Shown here: positions 7,788-11,259 of the stretch, in pieces
How the letters are laid out: each line of letters starts with the position of its first letter
How positions within the stretch are numbered: position 1 is the stretch's first letter
From: a virus
Lineage: Duplodnaviria; Heunggongvirae; Uroviricota; Caudoviricetes
Virus record (IMG/VR): IMGVR_UViG_648276652_000017
DNA length: 11,259 nucleotides
Strand: one strand, 5' to 3'
The notes under the pieces: model-generated
What the model saw: the letters and a program-made list of their open reading frames with translations, nothing else
What the model was told of the DNA's origin: nothing
The model's database searches: none
Translations under genes and position numbers: made by a program

Positions 7788-10700
7788 TTAACATTCCCCC
7801 ATCACGTCGCATATTTAACAGATTGCCCTGCACCCGCTGATCAACCATCCCCATAAGTGCTTTTATTGCCTGAGGGCCAATCTCTCCATTCTGGCCGTCA
7901 TTTTGAATAGTGATTTGGTATACAGGGGCATAGGTAATATCTCCGCCTCCATTACCACTTTTACTATTAATAGCTCTGACACCAAGAGAACCATCGGAAG
8001 TTCGTGTTAATGGCATAATGGCTTCCGGTCCAGCCTCACCAAAAACACCAGCCCCTTTTGCAAAAGCAAAAAATTGCGGGGAATCATAAATACCGTTCGA
8101 ATACGTGCTCAATGACGGAGACTCATAAACACCGCCCTTTGCATTCGGAATAAATTTACTAATAGCACTCCCGATAGTTCCTAAAATCCCCCCAGAAGAA
8201 CTGTTACTAATGCTGTCGAAAATCCCAGTAATTGAAGCCTTTAATGCTATTCGACTAAGATCCGAAATCACGGAAGTAGCGAAAGAACGAAAATTTGCCT
8301 TGCCTGTCGTGACAAAATCACCCAGCGCATCGGTCATCCCATCAAACATCTGAGTCGTGGTTGATTTTATCTGCTCACTGATATCCTTAGTGTCATCCAG
8401 CCAGTTATTGAATCCCTGGGAGGCACCACTAACCCAGTCTCCTGCCTGAATATCGAGCTGCTCGTTTTTCTGTCTGACAATTTCTTTTTCCCGTTCCAGA
8501 GCATCATTCAGAGCCTGCATTTTCTCTTGAAAAACATGATCTGACATTCCACGGGATTTATCTGCATAGTCACGTTCAAGTTGCAGACGCTGATTGTTAT
8601 ATCCATGTTCAATCCGCAGTAATTCCTGCTGGCGTTGCTGATTTTTATCGCCAACCCCATAACCAGCAATCTGAATATCATACCCCTGCTGACGATTATC
8701 AATCGAAGCCTGCAATGAATCACGCCATGCTGTTATTTCGGCGGATTCCTTGATTAGCCTGTTATTTTTTTCAATCGCAACATTTTTCTCCATCAACGTG
8801 GTTATTTCTTCCCGGTGTAAGAGAAGCGATTTCTGATCCTGGGTTAATTTCGATGATGGTCGTGACTCTAGGTCGGCAATCCGCTGACGCCACTTAACCA
8901 GTTCCTGTTCAGAGGAACTTAATTTAACGGTCAACTCAGCTTGTGAACTTAGTAACGCATTCTGTTGATTCAGATGATCAATCATTCGTTGGGCTGCATC
9001 ATCAGAATAATCTTTCGCCTTTGGTTGCTTTGGATCTTTATAACGCTCATTTATTTGAGCGATAAGATTATTATATTCTTCCTTTGAATACTGATTCTTT
9101 AGCTTTTCCAGTTTTGCAAGTTCACTAGCTCTCTGCTGCTCCCGGGTCTGATATTGTTTTGAAAAGGCATCTGCTCTCTGTCTGAGTTCAATTCCTTCCT
9201 GTTGTCGCTTGTTGTAATCGTTTATTGATGAATTTAGTACGTCCTGAGCAATTTTTTCTGCTTGAAGTACGCCCAATTGCTGCTTTAATCGTGCCAGCCT
9301 TTTATTTTGAGCTCCGCCATCTCCAATGCCACCTAACCCGAAAACTCCGGATCGGGTATTTTTTTCTATTTCATCAATTTGACGGAGAACATCTGAGATT
9401 TTTTGATCAAGGGAGGCCTCACGGCCAATATCCAGCATGGAATCCCATGCCCATTTTGCGGAGTCTGCGACAGCTTTCCATGCAGTCTCAAGATAACCAA
9501 GATTTTCTTTAATCTGGTTGGTGCGCTGGATCATTGAGGATGAGTATTCTTCTGTCGCAATGCGGGCGGCCTCCTGCTGGTTCCCTTCATCCTGTAGCGC
9601 CTTAATCTGGTTATAAGTCGCAAGTGTCAGAAAATGGTACTGATCATTAAGTTTTGATATGGCACTGACAGGATCCTTTGCAATTTCATTGAAGTCATTA
9701 ACCAGTTGTTCGGTTGATATTCCTGTTACTTCGCTCGTTTTTACTATCGCTGTCGTCACTTGCTCCAGCGAACTGCTCGCTACCTTTCCCGAACGCACAA
9801 GCTGATTTAATACTGCCGCCGCAGCACCAGTTGTCGAATCAGCCGCATTCCCGGCACGTTGAGCTAAATCGCCCAATTGCCCGCTGGTTGTCCCCAACTG
9901 ATTTCCGGTAAGAATAAGAGATTTATTAAATTCGTCCTGCTCCTGAGAGCCTTTATAGTAAGCCAGTCCTAAGACCCCAACGGCTGCTGCGGCCAGGGTA
10001 AAAGGATTAATTAATCCCAGCACATAAGAACCTACCCCTTTGATCGCCGGGCCAATCCCACCGAACATATCTTTTAGCTGGCCGCCCTGCTGCATTAACA
10101 CCATAAATGGCGACTGACCAGTGGACAACCCAACAACAATATCCGTCATTTGTGCAGGCAACATGCGCATAGCAAAAGCCGTTTGTTTTGCCGACATTCC
10201 GGTTTTGCTTAATTGTGATTGAGTAACCTCAAGCTCACTCCGCATAGCACGAAGTTTTCCAGAAAGCTCCTCATACATTTCAGGAGAAAGCATCCCCTTA
10301 GCTTTTGCTTCATTGAGCTGTTTCTGTTGTTCTACCAGACGATTAAAAGCAGTTCCGACAGGATCAAGTTGAGCAATCAGACGTTGCAAAGCAACAACCT
10401 GTTCATCATGCGCTTTTGCTGCTTCTCGCTCTGCCTGAGCCTCTCCGGTAAGCTCTCGCCGTGTTTCCTGTATTTTTCGGCTATAATTCTCAAACTGAGA
10501 ACCATTTATTTTCCCGGATGCAAACGCAGCATTAAGTTCATCATGCTGTTGTTCAAGATTTCTTAGCGCCGCAGCCAGAGGGTCGATCTTGTCCAGCATT
10601 CTTTGAAAGGCCTGAGCCTGCGCTTCCTGCTGGGCGGCAGCAAGTTTTCCGGCCTTCTCGGCTTCTCTCTGCGCTTGCGCAACCCCGCTCAATTCCTCTG

Positions 10701-10923
10701 TGGTTTCATTAAGTTTACGGACAAGAAATTCATATTCTTCTTTATCAATAAGCCCTTTATCGAAAAATTTCTTTAATTCAGAATAGCGTCGACCGACAGT
10801 ATCAATTGCGGCACCAACTGGATCAATAGCTGCTTTTAATTTTGCGAGCGCGTTCTTCTCATCTTCTGTTGCCTTAGTCACTTTCCCTGCGCTATTTGCA
10901 GCAGTTTCCCCAGCCTGCGTCAT
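7780..10923 (-). CDS. H: Tail length tape measure protein (lambda gpH family), at least 1047 aa; 5' end probably displaced by the IS2 insertion
   Basis: Contains [41 protein letters not shown] (compare lambda [41 protein letters not shown]) and the C-terminal [16 protein letters not shown]...RRDGGMLSG block (compare lambda ...NNDGTNGQIGPAALKAV...MRDGGLFSG). Long coiled-coil-like, Q/E/K-rich centre. The reading frame stays open upstream of the ATG at 10923 up to and into the IS2 end, with no in-frame ATG/GTG/TTG and no Shine-Dalgarno before 10923. Confidence 0.9.
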
Positions 10924-11004
10924 TTTGACTAATGAGGAGGTCAGATTGTCAGCATTATTTTTCGCTCCAGTGCTATCAATAATTATTGCGAGACGCGAGG
11001 TTTG

Positions 11005-11045
11005 TAGACTGGCCCCCTGAATCTCCAGACAACCAATATCACTTA
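11005..11045 (+). repeat. IS2 left terminal inverted repeat region (approximate extent)
   Basis: Terminal sequence TAGACTGGCCCCCTGAATCTCCAGACAACCAATATCACTTA matches the IS2 end as I recall it. It contains an internal 8-bp inverted repeat ATCACTTA-tt-TAAGTGAT at 11038..11055. Confidence 0.7.
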
Positions 11046-11095
11046 TTTAAGTGATAGTCTTAATACTAGTTTTTAGACTAGTCATTGGAGAGCAG

Positions 11096-11259
11096 ATGAT
11101 TGATGTCTTAGGACCGGAGAAACGCAGACGGCGTACTACACAGGAAAAGATCGCTATTGTTCAGCAGAGTTTTGAACCGGGAATGACAGTCTCCCTTGTT
11201 GCCCGGCAACACGGTGTGGCAGCCAGCCAGTTATTTCTCTGGCGCAAGCAATACCAGGG
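11096..11259 (+). CDS. insC: IS2 transposase OrfA (InsC), 5'-partial (first 54 codons in window)
   Basis: ATG at 11096 preceded by GGAG 7 nt upstream. Translation matches the IS2 InsC N-terminus, including the helix-turn-helix region ([22 protein letters not shown]). Runs off the window end. Confidence 0.9.

Larger units (their letters stand above)
11005..11259 (+). mobile_element. IS2 (IS3 family) insertion sequence, left end; element continues beyond window end
   Basis: From 11005 the sequence reads tagactggccccctgaatctccagacaaccaatatcactta..., which I recognise as the IS2 terminus and leader, followed by the orfA start [54 protein letters not shown]. Exact first base of the element is plus or minus 1-2 bp. 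Confidence 0.9.

Noticed and set aside
9225-10566. Plus-strand ORFs antisense to the tape measure gene (9225..9512, 9714..9911, 10219..10566) and minus ORF 8508..8723
   Set aside because: Short, hydrophobic/low-complexity translations nested within the tape measure gene, with no RBS or homology support. Typical shadow ORFs in A+T-rich coding DNA.
10928-10946. Plus-strand GAGGAGG Shine-Dalgarno-like motif followed by ATTG near 10931..10944
   Set aside because: No meaningful ORF follows on the plus strand. The motif lies in the open tape measure reading frame on the opposite strand and is most likely coincidental.
1-11259. Searched for CRISPR arrays, tRNA/rRNA genes, integrase/attachment site, and toxin-antitoxin or defence-system genes
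   Set aside because: No regularly spaced direct repeats, no cloverleaf-like or rRNA-like segments, and no coding capacity outside the tail genes and IS2. Every intergenic gap is under 85 nt, leaving no room for an unannotated system.

Overview
The window is a lambdoid (phage lambda-like) prophage tail morphogenesis module, encoded entirely on the minus strand and read from high to low coordinates: tape measure protein (H-like, 7780..10923), M, L, K, I, J (tip attachment/host specificity, 1921..5403) and the 5' two-thirds of a side tail fiber gene (stf-like, 1..1862, running off the window). The right edge (about 11005..11259) is the left end of an IS2 insertion sequence with the start of its orfA (insC) on the plus strand. 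IS2 abuts the 5' end of the tape measure reading frame and has probably separated it from its native start. L, K, I and J are close lambda homologues in G+C-rich DNA, while H and M sit in visibly more A+T-rich DNA, suggesting a mosaic junction near the M/L boundary. I see no CRISPR array, tRNA or rRNA, and no convincing evidence for a novel defence or other undescribed system; the plus-strand ORFs in the track are antisense shadows of the tail genes. All homology statements come from reading the translations against remembered lambda and IS2 sequences, not from a database search.
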